This document shows, in pieces, positions 55,101-62,390 of a stretch of 64,000 nucleotides of DNA (position 1 is its first letter; the number at the start of each line of letters is the position of its first letter). The stretch comes from Haplodiscus bocki (lineage: Eukaryota). Location: positions 110,980,001-111,044,000 of the forward strand of contig OZ296652.1 of assembly GCA_965655095.1 (NCBI GenBank). Direction: 5' to 3'. The translations under genes were made by a program, and so were the position numbers. Below the pieces are notes generated by a model. That model searched no databases and had not been told where the DNA came from. It saw only the letters and a list, made by a program, of their open reading frames with translations.

Positions 55101-58100
55101 AAACTTTTTGGCAAAACCTTTGACAATGGTGACAAACTTAAAATGGTTGATCAAAACTTCCTAAAAAATCGCTCGGTTCTGTGACAAATCGAATCAACAA
55201 AAACTTCTAAGAACACTCTGCCCAGGAAAAAAATTTCTTGAAGGGAAAAATGTGTACGGATTTGGAACTAAAAAAGGACTCTTTTGATGGTCAAAAACAA
55301 GCGGTTGCTTCTGGGGGTTCTTGTGTTTGCAGCCATATTGGCTGAAAAGGCCACTCCATTAGGCTGGAAATTAAAACACGTGAACAAATTTCACACGGAG
55401 TGACACGGCATGAATGGAATGTAGGAACAATAGAAAAATATTGGAAAAAAGTTGAAATTTTCCCGTCTCACTGAATACAGTTGCTTGGCTCGACTTGCAA
55501 GTGTAACACAAATGGGAAGCAATCAAATATCGTGGTTGACGCTCTGAGTTACCAATAAGGTTTCCTAAGCCATTACAAAATTTTACACTGATAATACTTT
55601 CACCAGTTTCAATAATACTCAGATAATAAAACCAAATCCGGTAAATTATCAAAAAAAATCCAACTGTCAAAACCTGACCCATTATGTGCAACAAATTTAA
55701 ATTCAAATTCAACAAATAGTACTCTGCCATCTTTTAAAAAAAACTAAGGCTCTCCAAAATTCTGTTTCAAATCTTCACACATGAGTTATGCAAGCTTATT
55801 CCCAATGAAATATCCGAAATCACTCCCTACTTTACTACAATATGGTGGTATTCTTGCAGGAGTCAACAATTTTTCTTCTATCATCCTCATTGATGAATTT
55901 TGAATACCCTCTTTTATTATCCCCTTTTAAAGTCTTCTAGTCGAATAGTTGATACAATTTACAGAATTGTTGTCACCAGTTGGTACAAAAGAATTAATTA
56001 AAAGATACTTTTCAATTTCAAGTAAAAACGAAGTTCCTCTACTAAATTACTTCTTTCGACAAAAAAGAAGGGTTATTACATTGATACATTTGTCCTTTGA
56101 ATTACTCATTTTTTCCATCGTACTTCAAATGCTTTTGCATATGTATTACAATCTTCAATTCTTCAACATTTCGCATTTGATTCTCTAACTCCATCTATTT
56201 CATTTTTGCCAGTCAAATCAAAACATTTAGTATCACTACCCAATTTTTCTTTAGTTTCATAAATATTCAAATTATCAATGTTAATTCTATTACATTTTAT
56301 GAGTCTATTTGATTCTAAGTCAAAGAATCTACCGACGTTAATGTCACCTTTATTCTTCTCAGCCATTTCAAAAAATTTAGCAAGGTTATTTTCATCAACC
56401 TCTTGAGAGGCAGCGGATTAGCGAATGTCACCTGATGATTTTGAGTTCTTTTCAGGAACTTCTTTCAGCTCAACTGATTTTTTTTAGTTTCACTTTTTTT
56501 AGGCGAATTCTGATAAATTCGGTTGCGAAACTTTACAGATGACATGTTTTCTTTGGAGAAGCGAGCTTCGTCAAATTCGCTTTTCAAAAAGTTTCACATT
56601 TTCTTAGAGTTGAGAGTGTCTCAACGCTTTGTTCCTAACTACTAATTTGTTCAGTAAAATTTTTAAAATTTTTGTTGATATTATTGATACTGTTGCTGAT
56701 ATTGTTGTTAAAATTATTGTTGATACTGTTGTAATGTTCTTGGTGATTTTATTGTTCATATCGCCTTGAATGTTGTTGCTGATATTTTGCTGAAATTGTT
56801 GTAAATATTATTGCTGATATTGTTGTTGATGGTGCCATTAGTTTGAGTTGCTGAATTGGATCGAAATTGAAAACTTTTCATTTGGGGTGTCTTTGTGAAT
56901 TTTCTTTGAATTTGGGTCAAAATCGTTGCATTTTTTTTGAAAAATTCCAAACATTAGAACTTCGCTAAAGCTCCGAAACAAGGTGAAGCCTTTTGATTTT
57001 TTTGCTGTTCAAAGTTTCAACAATTACAATGGAAAATGTCCTAATGCCCGCTCGCTTGAAAATTCAACAAAAAATGCAATGCAATTGTTGAAAAAAATCT
57101 ACTTTGCCACATTTTTGAAACAAGATGAACAAGTGGTCCACGCAAATCTGAGACTACTTTTGAAACGGAAAATGCCAACAAATACCATAGGAAAAATTAT
57201 TTCAATTGAAAAAAAAGTTTTCTTAAAATCTGTTTTATATAAGCAAACATATACACTGCTGGTGTTCGAAACTATTTTCAACCATCCCACAAAATTTCAA
57301 ACTTTTAGCAATTAGAATTTTAGAAATTTAGTTGAGCGTGCTGCTAAAAATTCTCCACGCATCAGTAAACATGGTGATTTTGAACGATAGTTGATGCAGC
57401 CAGAATTGGCAAACCAGCAGAGGAAAAATCTACATACTGAAATGAAGAATTTCGTTCGATTCGTAATGTGTTACGACAAAAAATAATAAATTAGGAAATT
57501 TCAATGCGGATAAAGCTTGCAAAGAGAATTCCTCAACACAGAAAACATTTTTTCCTGTTGAGAAAATAGGTAGTTTTTCATAAAAAGATGCCAAATAGAG
57601 AAAAAGGGAAACATCTAGTGGAAACTTTGGCCGAGATGGGATTTAAACCTGGACAGTCGTAATACCCAAACGCACATGGCTGTCGTCATTAAACACTAGC
57701 CGATAAGATCCCTGACGTTGACTTGATTCATTCCACTATCATATTGTGCGAGTTGTGACGATATTACAAAAAAAACGCGGGTCTACCGGAGTAAGCTGGC
57801 GTTTTGCCAGCTCAACTAATCATTCCACCGACTTTTGTCGATATGGGAGTGAGTTTTTTGAATAAATGGATGATGTTGAATTGTTTCATGGCAGAACCAT
57901 TCAATTGTCCGCCGCCACTCAATTTGCAATGATTTCATTCATCTTCGGTGATACAAAGTATCGTGTAAATGAAATGAGGTTGAAAAGTTTGTTTCTGCTT
58001 TCGACTCTTAGTCTCAGAGTACTCAAGTAGTGCTCTTGCCATTTATATTACGATGAATGAAAATAGAAAAACAAGCATCAAGGATACTAAGCTTTAAACG

Positions 58101-61100
58101 GTTGGAAATTAGCGTGATCAACAAAATGGAATTGATCCAATTTCATGAAAATGATTCAAAAAATGAGAATTCAAAAAGCAGAAATATGAACGAGTAAATA
58201 GCAAACATTCGCTCAAAATGAAGAGATCAAAATAATTAGGAAGCCGTGAAAGTGAATGGAAGTGAATAGAAATGAAAGAAATTAAATAGTAAAATTCATT
58301 CACCAAATGAGAACTGAGTGAATCAAATTACCCAATGTACTTTGTCACTCATTATAACTCAGCCGGCAAGTAGCCGCGAATCGATTTGCAAAAATGCCGA
58401 GAAAAAAAGAACGAACATTTATAGGTCTTAAGGTAATCCCTTAATGCGTAAAAATGAAATCTTGTTCGTCTTGCCAAGTAGTATAAAGTTTATACGGGCG
58501 GCTTTGGCAAGAAGTCGCACATTTTCTTCAATTGCTTGCCATGATCGTCGGAACCCTCTTCAAAAGTTGGCTGCATTTCTTGGCAAGAGCTTCACAAAAG
58601 TCGCCAATCCAAGAAAAATCATAGCAAGGCGAACAAGATTAAAAACACTGGGTATAATTCCAAGTTACTCAATATAAGGATGTACTTTCATGAAAATGAC
58701 GTCGGTTAAAAATGTATTTTGAAGATCCTCATTGAAGAGCAGCAAACGATAGCTTGTCTGCAATCAGTCACTTGTTGATGCTATCACAGCAAATACCCAG
58801 TTTTTACTTTGCAGCAACATAAACTCTGGTCAGAAAATGTAATTCATCATTGACGTAGAAGTGATTCAAAAATTGAACAAAACGTCGCAGCAGTTCCAGT
58901 GGTAACTGTAGCACACACACATCAAAGGGTTTCAGGCAACGGAACGCTACCGTCCCCAATATACGAAGCACTGAGCGGGAAAAATTGCGATAAGACACTG
59001 AACCGAATTTGAAGGAAACAGTTCGGACTGAATATTGCTCATTTAATTCGAAAATCTCCACCAGACAAGATAAAAATTGGTTTGAAGATTGAACACAGAG
59101 GCGAAGCAGAACTTCGCAACACATTCAGACTTGTCAGTTGATCGCGGCGGATCCCGAAAGACAGTTGAAACTATGATCGATGTGATTGACACTTTTAGAA
59201 CTACATCAACTGCCAATCAGTGTTTGTTCGAACAAGTCGAATTGAGACAAGTACCTGTCACAAAACTGACTCTCATACACGAAAAGTTGTTTTCTTACTC
59301 ATGTCTGTTCAGGTTACGCCATTTTGCTGCCCAAATTTAGGAAATTTGCCACGCGAAAATGAACAAGTAGCTGCCGAAAGAAGCCACCTTTTAACAGTTT
59401 AAACTAAATGAATAGACTCTCCGATGACGTCAAAAATGCAAGTTTTGAACAAGAAAAAACTGGGCATAGGCTTATTTCAATACAGATATCAGTTTTCTAA
59501 TGTAGTGTGGTTTTTGTTACTTGTGGAATCTTGATTGGCCGCTAATTCATCCACGATTGCTTCTGCTGCTTCAATTCCACTTTTCATTGCCAAATGTGTT
59601 CCTTTCACTTTGGGAACATTCATGAAACCGGCACTGCAACCAGTTATTAAAGCACCAGGCGCACTCAAACCAGGCAGGCTCTAAACAAGATTCGTTCAGT
59701 TTTATTCTGAAAGTCAGAAAGTACTAGATTAATATAAATATCATCTCACTTGAAAGCCTTTCTGTTATTTGATATTCTGGGCTTTGAAGCCATCGCCACC
59801 AGTTCGAGATTGAGCAAGTCCAAAATTTTGTGGGCATTTTTATATGTATTTGAAATACCTTCTCTCACCCCATTTTTATGATACCTTCTTAATTATTTTG
59901 AAGTTTGCGGGGGCAGGACCGATTTGATCGTCAAAACAGTATTGCAATGTTTTCATAAACGTTCATGAATTTAGAAGAAAGTTACTCACTTGGAGCCCTC
60001 CTTCATTTAGAGCTCTTGCTCCATAAGACACACGTTTTCCATCAGTTAAAAAATTTGATATGTAAGGATGTGTTTTCCATCTCTGGAACTCTTGAAAAGG
60101 ATTCACGTATGGATTTTGGTAGTCCAGACCAACGACATATCCCAAAGCAACTAATGAAGCTCCGCCTTCATCCAAGTGATACATGAAAGAGCCACCGTAC
60201 AGATCTTTAGTCTGAAATGTGCCCCTTCGGGCCGACACAATGTGTGAGAAACATACTTGAATAAACGCTTCTGTAGTGTTAATCACATAAAAAATTCGGA
60301 AAAATTAGTTTGAAGTATCTTCAAAAAGCGTTTTCTAATCAAGTAAATCTAGTTGTTGCTGCAGTACACAACAGTAAACGAGGTTCGCTGGTCAAAAAAT
60401 TATTGGTTGCCGATACCGATGACTTTTGATATGGTAAACAAATGTAAATGGAGTTAACATTGAAAATGGGGGTCTCAAACTCTAAATATTAATCCGATTT
60501 TCATCAAACAAAAACCTTTCTAATCTTATTAAAAATCTAAGAAATTTTTGCTCCTACTACTTTCTTGAGAACCTTTTAGTTGGTTTGAGATTGGCTTTCA
60601 AAAACGGTAATTTTTGCTTAGGAGTTCACCAAATTAATATCACTACTATATTCTACTCGCTCCCAATTTTCCTCCATTAGCTTTCTCGCTTTATCCGTCA
60701 ATGTTACGCAACGTTTGAGATTTCAGAATCAGAAGCGAAGAAAAAAGGAAGAAAACAAGAGCAGTAGGCTTAAACTTATCCTTTAAGTTAAAATTAGCCC
60801 GAAACTATTCTGCAAAACAATGCTAATCTCTTGACTCTCCTGGATAATAAACTCATCTTTAGAAATACCACTGTTTCCACCACCTTTTCCAAGGAAAGAC
60901 TCGCTGAAATAAGGGAAGTCAACTGCGCTTGTCACTTTGAATATGATAACACTACTAACCAACGGCCATCCTATGGTGTGATCCACCAACCCAGGCACAT
61001 GTTTTTCGGGTGATAGCTCCCATACCTGAAATGCTCAATTACAAGCAACAAGAATCAGGATTGTAGCATCGGCATTTTAATCCCTAATTGCTAGGTTGAC

Positions 61101-61773
61101 AATCGCTAACGTAAGAAAACAATATTTGCATTAATCATCTCACCTTTACTATGAATACTTTTACAGAATAAGGTAACACATTGCTGCTAGAAAATTATTT
61201 CAACGTTACCGATGCCTGAGACTGATACGATAAACGTTACGCATACACAGTAACAATTTTTTCCCACAATCTCCTGGAAATGTCCCAATTTTTAGTGCTG
61301 CTCACTAAATGCACAAAACAGCGTACCATTTTGAAAGCCGCAAATGAAATGAACCGCTAATTTAAGTCTCTTTCGAAGAACTTCCGCTTCACTAAAAAGC
61401 AAAGTGAGGTCAAATATCTCAAAACCCACAAATTGAAAATAAAGCAATGGCCTAGAACGTCAGTATTCATGATCCGAAACAGTCCCGAAAACCAGAAGAA
61501 ACTTGATCAGCAGTCAAATATAGTCAAGAGTTATAACAAACTAACTTCTTTGAGGCCAATAGCGTAAGTCTGTGGTTGGCAATCGGATCTAAGATGTTCA
61601 AAACTGTTGTACATTTGTTTCGTTAATGAGCCGTGACAGCCCTCTGAAAAAACCGTCACTTTAGCAAGCAACTCCATTCCTCTCTCAAAAGAGTCTTTAG
61701 GTGACCCGTCTTTGGCTATTCCAACATCATTAGTTGCCACCCCTTTCACACTTCCGTCTTCATGAAATAATAT
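6952..61773 (-). CDS. ETFDH: Electron transfer flavoprotein-ubiquinone oxidoreductase, 3' part. Exons: 61773-61546, 61025-60960, 60211-59990, 59680-59521, 10015-9836, 9752-9531, 7115-6952
   Basis: The spliced translation [23 protein letters not shown]...[35 protein letters not shown]...[46 protein letters not shown]...[19 protein letters not shown]...[21 protein letters not shown]...[14 protein letters not shown]...[15 protein letters not shown]...[12 protein letters not shown] is collinear with ETFDH, including the 4Fe-4S cysteines. All junctions are GT..AG with matching phases. No 5' exons were found in the window. Confidence 0.97.
7148..7600 (+). repeat. Dispersed non-autonomous repeat, family A (starts with a GCGAAGC...CTTCGC hairpin; contains a tRNA B-box-like segment)
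   Basis: Related copies at ~25610-25819, ~37040-37249 (continuing after 54682) and ~62030-62390. Confidence 0.65.
7650..8050 (+). repeat. Dispersed repeat, family B
   Basis: Aligns by eye with 59098-59480 (tcgcaacaca..gacttgtcag..gcggatcccgaaagaca..tgtgattgacacttttagaa..cacaaaactg..catacacgaaaagttg). Confidence 0.75.
9531..9752 (-). CDS. ETFDH: ETFDH exon ([10 protein letters not shown]...RFCPA)
   Basis: 222 nt containing [11 protein letters not shown]; preceded by an 83-bp intron. Confidence 0.93.
9836..10015 (-). CDS. ETFDH: ETFDH exon (LYAKSYDE...WTLKHH)
   Basis: 180 nt; acceptor tttag, donor gtgag. Confidence 0.95.
10200..11560. repeat. Degenerate tandem/dispersed repeat region
   Basis: Recurring gca(c/a)t..atggccgca motif at ~10262, ~10437 and ~10980, with a variant at ~11150; similar blocks occur in 24400-25400. 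Confidence 0.45.
12209..13407 (-). repeat. 3' LTR of the Gypsy element (~1.2 kb)
   Basis: Minus strand begins TGTAACATG at 13407 and ends TTTCA at 12209 beside the TSD; 12423-13407 is homologous to 22624-23613. Confidence 0.85.
13790..15960 (-). pseudogene. env: env-like class I fusion glycoprotein (baculovirus F / errantivirus Env type), fragmented
   Basis: Furin site RGRVKR followed by the fusion peptide [19 protein letters not shown]; downstream LVTLSIPL...YRANPIPMP...FVAIS segment; hydrophobic tail near 13900; lies just before the 3' LTR. Confidence 0.8.
17515..17945 (-). pseudogene. TARG1/OARD1 (Poa1p)-like macrodomain, frameshifted
   Basis: [18 protein letters not shown] ([15 protein letters not shown] in the second copy), then [11 protein letters not shown]...[18 protein letters not shown]; compare TARG1 AHCISEDCRMGAGIA...MPRIGCGLDRLQW. 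Confidence 0.85.
18350..22600 (-). pseudogene. pol: Gypsy pol (aspartic protease, RT, RNase H, H2C2 integrase), fragmented
   Basis: FIDTGA at 22352-22369; RT motifs [27 protein letters not shown] and QFLDD (~20811); RNase H ILFDAS; integrase IHNS..GHLG, MQIDLV, AIDVFSK and [12 protein letters not shown]. Confidence 0.93.
22624..23613 (-). repeat. 5' LTR, truncated at its inner end (PBS and most or all of gag deleted)
   Basis: LTR homology stops at cacactttgacgg and joins directly to sequence about 260 bp upstream of the protease motif. Confidence 0.85.
25820..28456 (-). mobile_element. Duplicated left end of the Polinton (TIR plus 3' part of pPolB)
   Basis: Near-identical to 37250-39886 and preceded by the same TATACA. 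Confidence 0.93.
28454..35043 (-). mobile_element. Duplicated Gypsy segment (macrodomain 28947-29375, pol, truncated 5' LTR 34055-35043)
   Basis: Near-identical to 17021-23613. Confidence 0.93.
37250..38110 (+). repeat. Left terminal inverted repeat (near-perfect to ~37780, imperfect to ~38110)
   Basis: Reverse complement of 54150-54681, then of ~53240-53720. Confidence 0.92.
38114..42084 (-). pseudogene. polB: Protein-primed family B DNA polymerase (pPolB), disrupted by an in-frame stop at 39386 and frameshifts near 41060 and 41850-41970
   Basis: ExoI FVFDLET, Exo[10 protein letters not shown], ExoIII YLISDV, KGGRV, motif [10 protein letters not shown], motif B-like KKIGLSVYG (read through the stop) and motif C YTDTDS. 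Confidence 0.95.
42143..42439 (+). CDS. Small CxxC..CxxC zinc-finger / coiled-coil protein
   Basis: CTQC...CKNC; TAAATG start; intact 98 aa. Confidence 0.7.
   Translation: MESKTCTQCNIEKHINNFYKKYSECKNCNIKRGVKRYYDNKDKKSMQQKIYYEKNRDKLLQKQNDYRNKRNTDYKELHKSYVELEKKLKALEEYLKHE
42603..43454 (+). pseudogene. int: Retroviral-type (rve) integrase with one in-frame stop at 42894-42896
   Basis: [27 protein letters not shown] and FAERFN give the DDE triad; the frame is continuous across the stop; no chromodomain seen. Confidence 0.95.
43451..44704 (-). CDS. Major capsid protein (double jelly-roll), intact, 417 aa
   Basis: Size, position and beta-rich pattern ([19 protein letters not shown]; PIWIIIGFQ; EKYP; LYVFDIRYQ; IKVEFKF; YALVL) are typical of Polinton major capsid proteins. 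Confidence 0.8.
   Translation of the reverse strand: MFKLNENYEIDRRILKCDYIRYSPAETSTINTPNSQIYINIPREDSVISLLNSYLDLSFEVVKKNDNSRYANGNDIRLVTLGPIALFSNFKLTTSSGKHLEDISHAHLVSLMYKLITSSKDSNDLSIGFDNSRNRRRDELALNKNIKGKYHLKIMLKDVFGFAEHQEKATYGLGYKLTLTRNKDDGVIDKAGGIGDAKIRIDHIHWYVPHYTPSIQQQSNLSKQILSKTPTELRYVERSVFMKPVNNQNVWNFELGSQENMNVPIWIIIGFQQQDRQDSQNLNNDTFCRLPVVSAQCIIGTEKYPDASILLNYDDDDYSQGYHQIKEALRALRKDDILQPYISDDNFRTSNVAANDFGYILYVFDIRYQKNFTNSQPIKVEFKFDGVVPNDVNGYALVLTNKLVSISSDGQRHFDLI
44823..45674 (-). CDS. Conserved Polinton hypothetical protein, 283 aa
   Basis: C-terminal [21 protein letters not shown]...[10 protein letters not shown] motif recalled from Polinton proteins; intact. Confidence 0.7.
   Translation of the reverse strand: MLYSIKDREDLENLNELVSLQDQVKVVRLQDKLGEQNFHEDMKKVFEPVTKSLEQTSQDITKTITENSINNTEAIENLNEKVLELMGDESLIAPYLASSLVEIFKSDNKSQFRLRKDPNSTKMNDFLIHGKIPVTIFSNMITFRDSNKTFKLEGDLLKVITNHKFNVDHSNQQDRKIIYEFAKEMNYDTKSTGRPSVRHNSMIRLLDQPAIMATGISKTIFLSSDANELCDRLKLFLQEKNAGNNSDIINDEIVAIVDKLLEYKCITKKQHKQILYKCNLLQK
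45768..46523 (-). pseudogene. FtsK/A32-like packaging ATPase with an N-terminal zinc finger
   Basis: Walker A GPSFSGET (Lys replaced by Glu), Walker B IIVFDD and RGRH..YLSQSYF..PKRTIR. A premature TGA at 45858 is followed by an open frame to 45768. Confidence 0.9.
46660..47191 (-). pseudogene. Predicted membrane protein with a hydrophobic hairpin and N-terminal LYPSAP motif, frameshifted near 46830
   Basis: [36 protein letters not shown]; continues in another frame as ...[12 protein letters not shown]...DSFL*. Confidence 0.7.
47206..47620 (-). pseudogene. Small basic putative virion core protein (Zn-ribbon-like plus amphipathic helix); start codon lost, one frameshift
   Basis: YCVGGKH...[11 protein letters not shown], then [14 protein letters not shown] and HTGKG-L. 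TAAATT occurs where the neighbouring genes have TAAATG. Confidence 0.55.
47645..48751 (-). pseudogene. Minor capsid (penton) protein A, with one in-frame stop at 48458
   Basis: [23 protein letters not shown]-terminus and [33 protein letters not shown]-terminus in the same frame. Confidence 0.8.
48838..49904 (-). pseudogene. Minor capsid (penton) protein B, paralog of A; stop at 49680 and frameshift near 48950
   Basis: [21 protein letters not shown]; [11 protein letters not shown]...[16 protein letters not shown]. Confidence 0.8.
49897..50085 (-). CDS. Small basic hypothetical protein
   Basis: TAAATG start; 62 aa. Confidence 0.45.
   Translation of the reverse strand: MTLRKITIDNSVRYIPTTEQIKEKNNKPKTASLPRKKTKTFHKIVKNLLMILQQEDLVSLNE
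50112..50522 (-). CDS. Adenain-like cysteine maturation protease, intact, 136 aa
   Basis: GTHWV, YFDSYG and QIQ...FCASYCL provide the H-D-Q-C catalytic set. Confidence 0.92.
   Translation of the reverse strand: MITFNEFLKKYNFKNKATSNMKIQQVLSSLSLNDVGIYLRDGLFKSDIGIVNLHPSKGTHWVCYVNENYFDSYGCISPKKLSKFIIKRNGYCLYSEYQIQKNDSFCASYCLYIIYLVKVLGLDFKSAVLNLYYQMI
50602..51033 (-). CDS. Hypothetical protein with a fibre-like motif
   Basis: [14 protein letters not shown] resembles D-A-x-N-K-x-Y-V-D fibre repeats; TAAATG start. Confidence 0.6.
   Translation of the reverse strand: MAYISYNKLWESEFDNIVSKRDKLQDSNISQLKLEVHDTYKKDEKITTNFKPVDNEDVINKGYLDSKLLKIDGHLSKLEKDFNEFKLQYNKQNVEDILVQRAVKTTIQILYDKGLFDNYANADKVLEDFLFTTGRRGDLEDNR
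51108..51443 (-). CDS. Hypothetical coiled-coil protein
   Basis: Intact 111 aa; TAAATG start. Confidence 0.65.
   Translation of the reverse strand: MELAMQIISNDNSVRNGIIQDLKEFNQQSLTTQAKKGEQLVSMMPAIKKAFNLLGDDVVDLSTENDALKNKIGDYDEKWLQESKAKLLKDINDEKRADLIMSRMKKQMEKQ
51484..51897 (-). CDS. Helix-turn-helix DNA-binding protein
   Basis: [23 protein letters not shown] is an HTH pattern; basic NLS-like AKKRPKK. Confidence 0.75.
   Translation of the reverse strand: MNTPSLNEINKNSAMDPNMLTKYYKLKLMNDFMNIKYQNPKMTQSEISSQLNISSSTIKRYRNDINMISPYRINPNNAKKRPKKVKIEDNGELTRPLLTSNDKKTRSKIVLKAGSVQEENIEINEHYLDKIPKNNNT
51866..52042 (-). CDS. Putative 58-aa single-pass membrane microprotein (below the ORF-track cutoff)
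   Basis: TAAATG start; [58 protein letters not shown]. Confidence 0.4.
   Translation of the reverse strand: MNIKTNLIEEYVNFVDTTKRQYKKLWIFTIILVFILFILTIIRVFKYINEYSFFKRNK
52051..52649 (+). pseudogene. C2H2 zinc-finger protein, frameshifted near 52300
   Basis: [24 protein letters not shown]; two overlapping ORFs on the same strand. Confidence 0.65.
52762..53240 (+). pseudogene. Hypothetical protein resembling giant-virus ORFs, frameshifted near 53085
   Basis: [53 protein letters not shown]. Confidence 0.55.
53240..54681 (-). repeat. Right terminal inverted repeat, with an internal 154-bp array
   Basis: Reverse complement of the left TIR apart from the expanded array. Confidence 0.92.
53580..54190. 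repeat. 154-bp tandem repeat, about 4 units
   Basis: gtagcttaaaatttt-like anchor at 53688, 53842, 53996 and 54150. Confidence 0.92.
55450..56400 (-). pseudogene. Relic of a second, divergent pPolB (N-terminus to ExoII)
   Basis: [14 protein letters not shown] at ~55655-55695, [34 protein letters not shown] and TPARIPPYC parallel the pPolB at 40400-41700. Confidence 0.75.
56660..56840. repeat. Degenerate (TTG/TGA/ATT)n low-complexity tract
   Basis: ttgttgatattattgatactgttgctgatattgttgtt... Confidence 0.6.
59098..59480 (+). repeat. Dispersed repeat, family B, second copy
   Basis: Homologous to 7650-8050; begins ggcgaagcagaacttcgcaacac. Confidence 0.75.
59521..59680 (-). CDS. ETFDH: ETFDH exon (SLPGLSAPG...NQDST), absent from the ORF track
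   Basis: 160 nt containing [18 protein letters not shown]. The phase-1 donor gtaac joins the exon at 10015 (A+CC). Confidence 0.92.
59990..60211 (-). CDS. ETFDH: ETFDH exon (TKDLYGG...NEGGLQ)
   Basis: 222 nt; acceptor tttcag, donor gtgagt. Confidence 0.95.
60960..61025 (-). CDS. ETFDH: ETFDH exon ([22 protein letters not shown])
   Basis: 66 nt; acceptor tttcag, donor gttagt. Confidence 0.93.
61546..61773 (-). CDS. ETFDH: ETFDH exon (ILFHEDG...IGLKE)
   Basis: 228 nt; acceptor ttgtag, donor gttag. Confidence 0.95.
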
Positions 61774-62029
61774 CTACAATCAACAAAACAGCAACTGAAA
61801 TCATGCCAAGGCCTGTAAAGTCTATTGTATGAAAACAGTTCCGATCGGGTCAAAAATGTGAGAATATGAACTTCAAGCGTATGTATTTTCCGCCATAATT
61901 CAATATACGACGAAAATAATCTATTCGACTCGTCCGTTTTTTTACGTCTATTTCCACTTGCACTATTCTCGTTAAACTGGACGATTTTGAATTTTTTCAA
62001 CCATTTTGCAGCAAATTTGCAATAAAATG

Positions 62030-62390
62030 CGCCAACAGAATACTAGTGTACATACGAGTCAACAAATAGTACAGGTGTATCTGATTTTTAAGATGCCACG
62101 GTACTACGATTACTACTGATTAAACAAGTGAACAAGATTAACTCCACACAGTTGTTGGACAATTTTATACAGGTGTGAAGATTACAAACAGACATAGCAG
62201 TGAAATCGCTCTGTATTCCAAAACTAATTTTCACTTCTCGAGCGAAATAGCTTTCTAGGTGAAGCATGCGATTGCAGCGCGAAGAGTCCCGGATTCGAGC
62301 CCCGGACTTGTCGAAAAACTAGTCAGTTGTATCCGTGATCGGAAAAAAATAAGAAGAATCCTGTGATTTAACACTTGCTTGCCGAAATAT
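62030..62390 (+). repeat. Dispersed repeat, family A copy
   Basis: gccaacagaatactagtgtaca and gcatgcgattgcagcgcgaagagtcccggattcgagcc match the 7175-7420 region. Confidence 0.6.
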
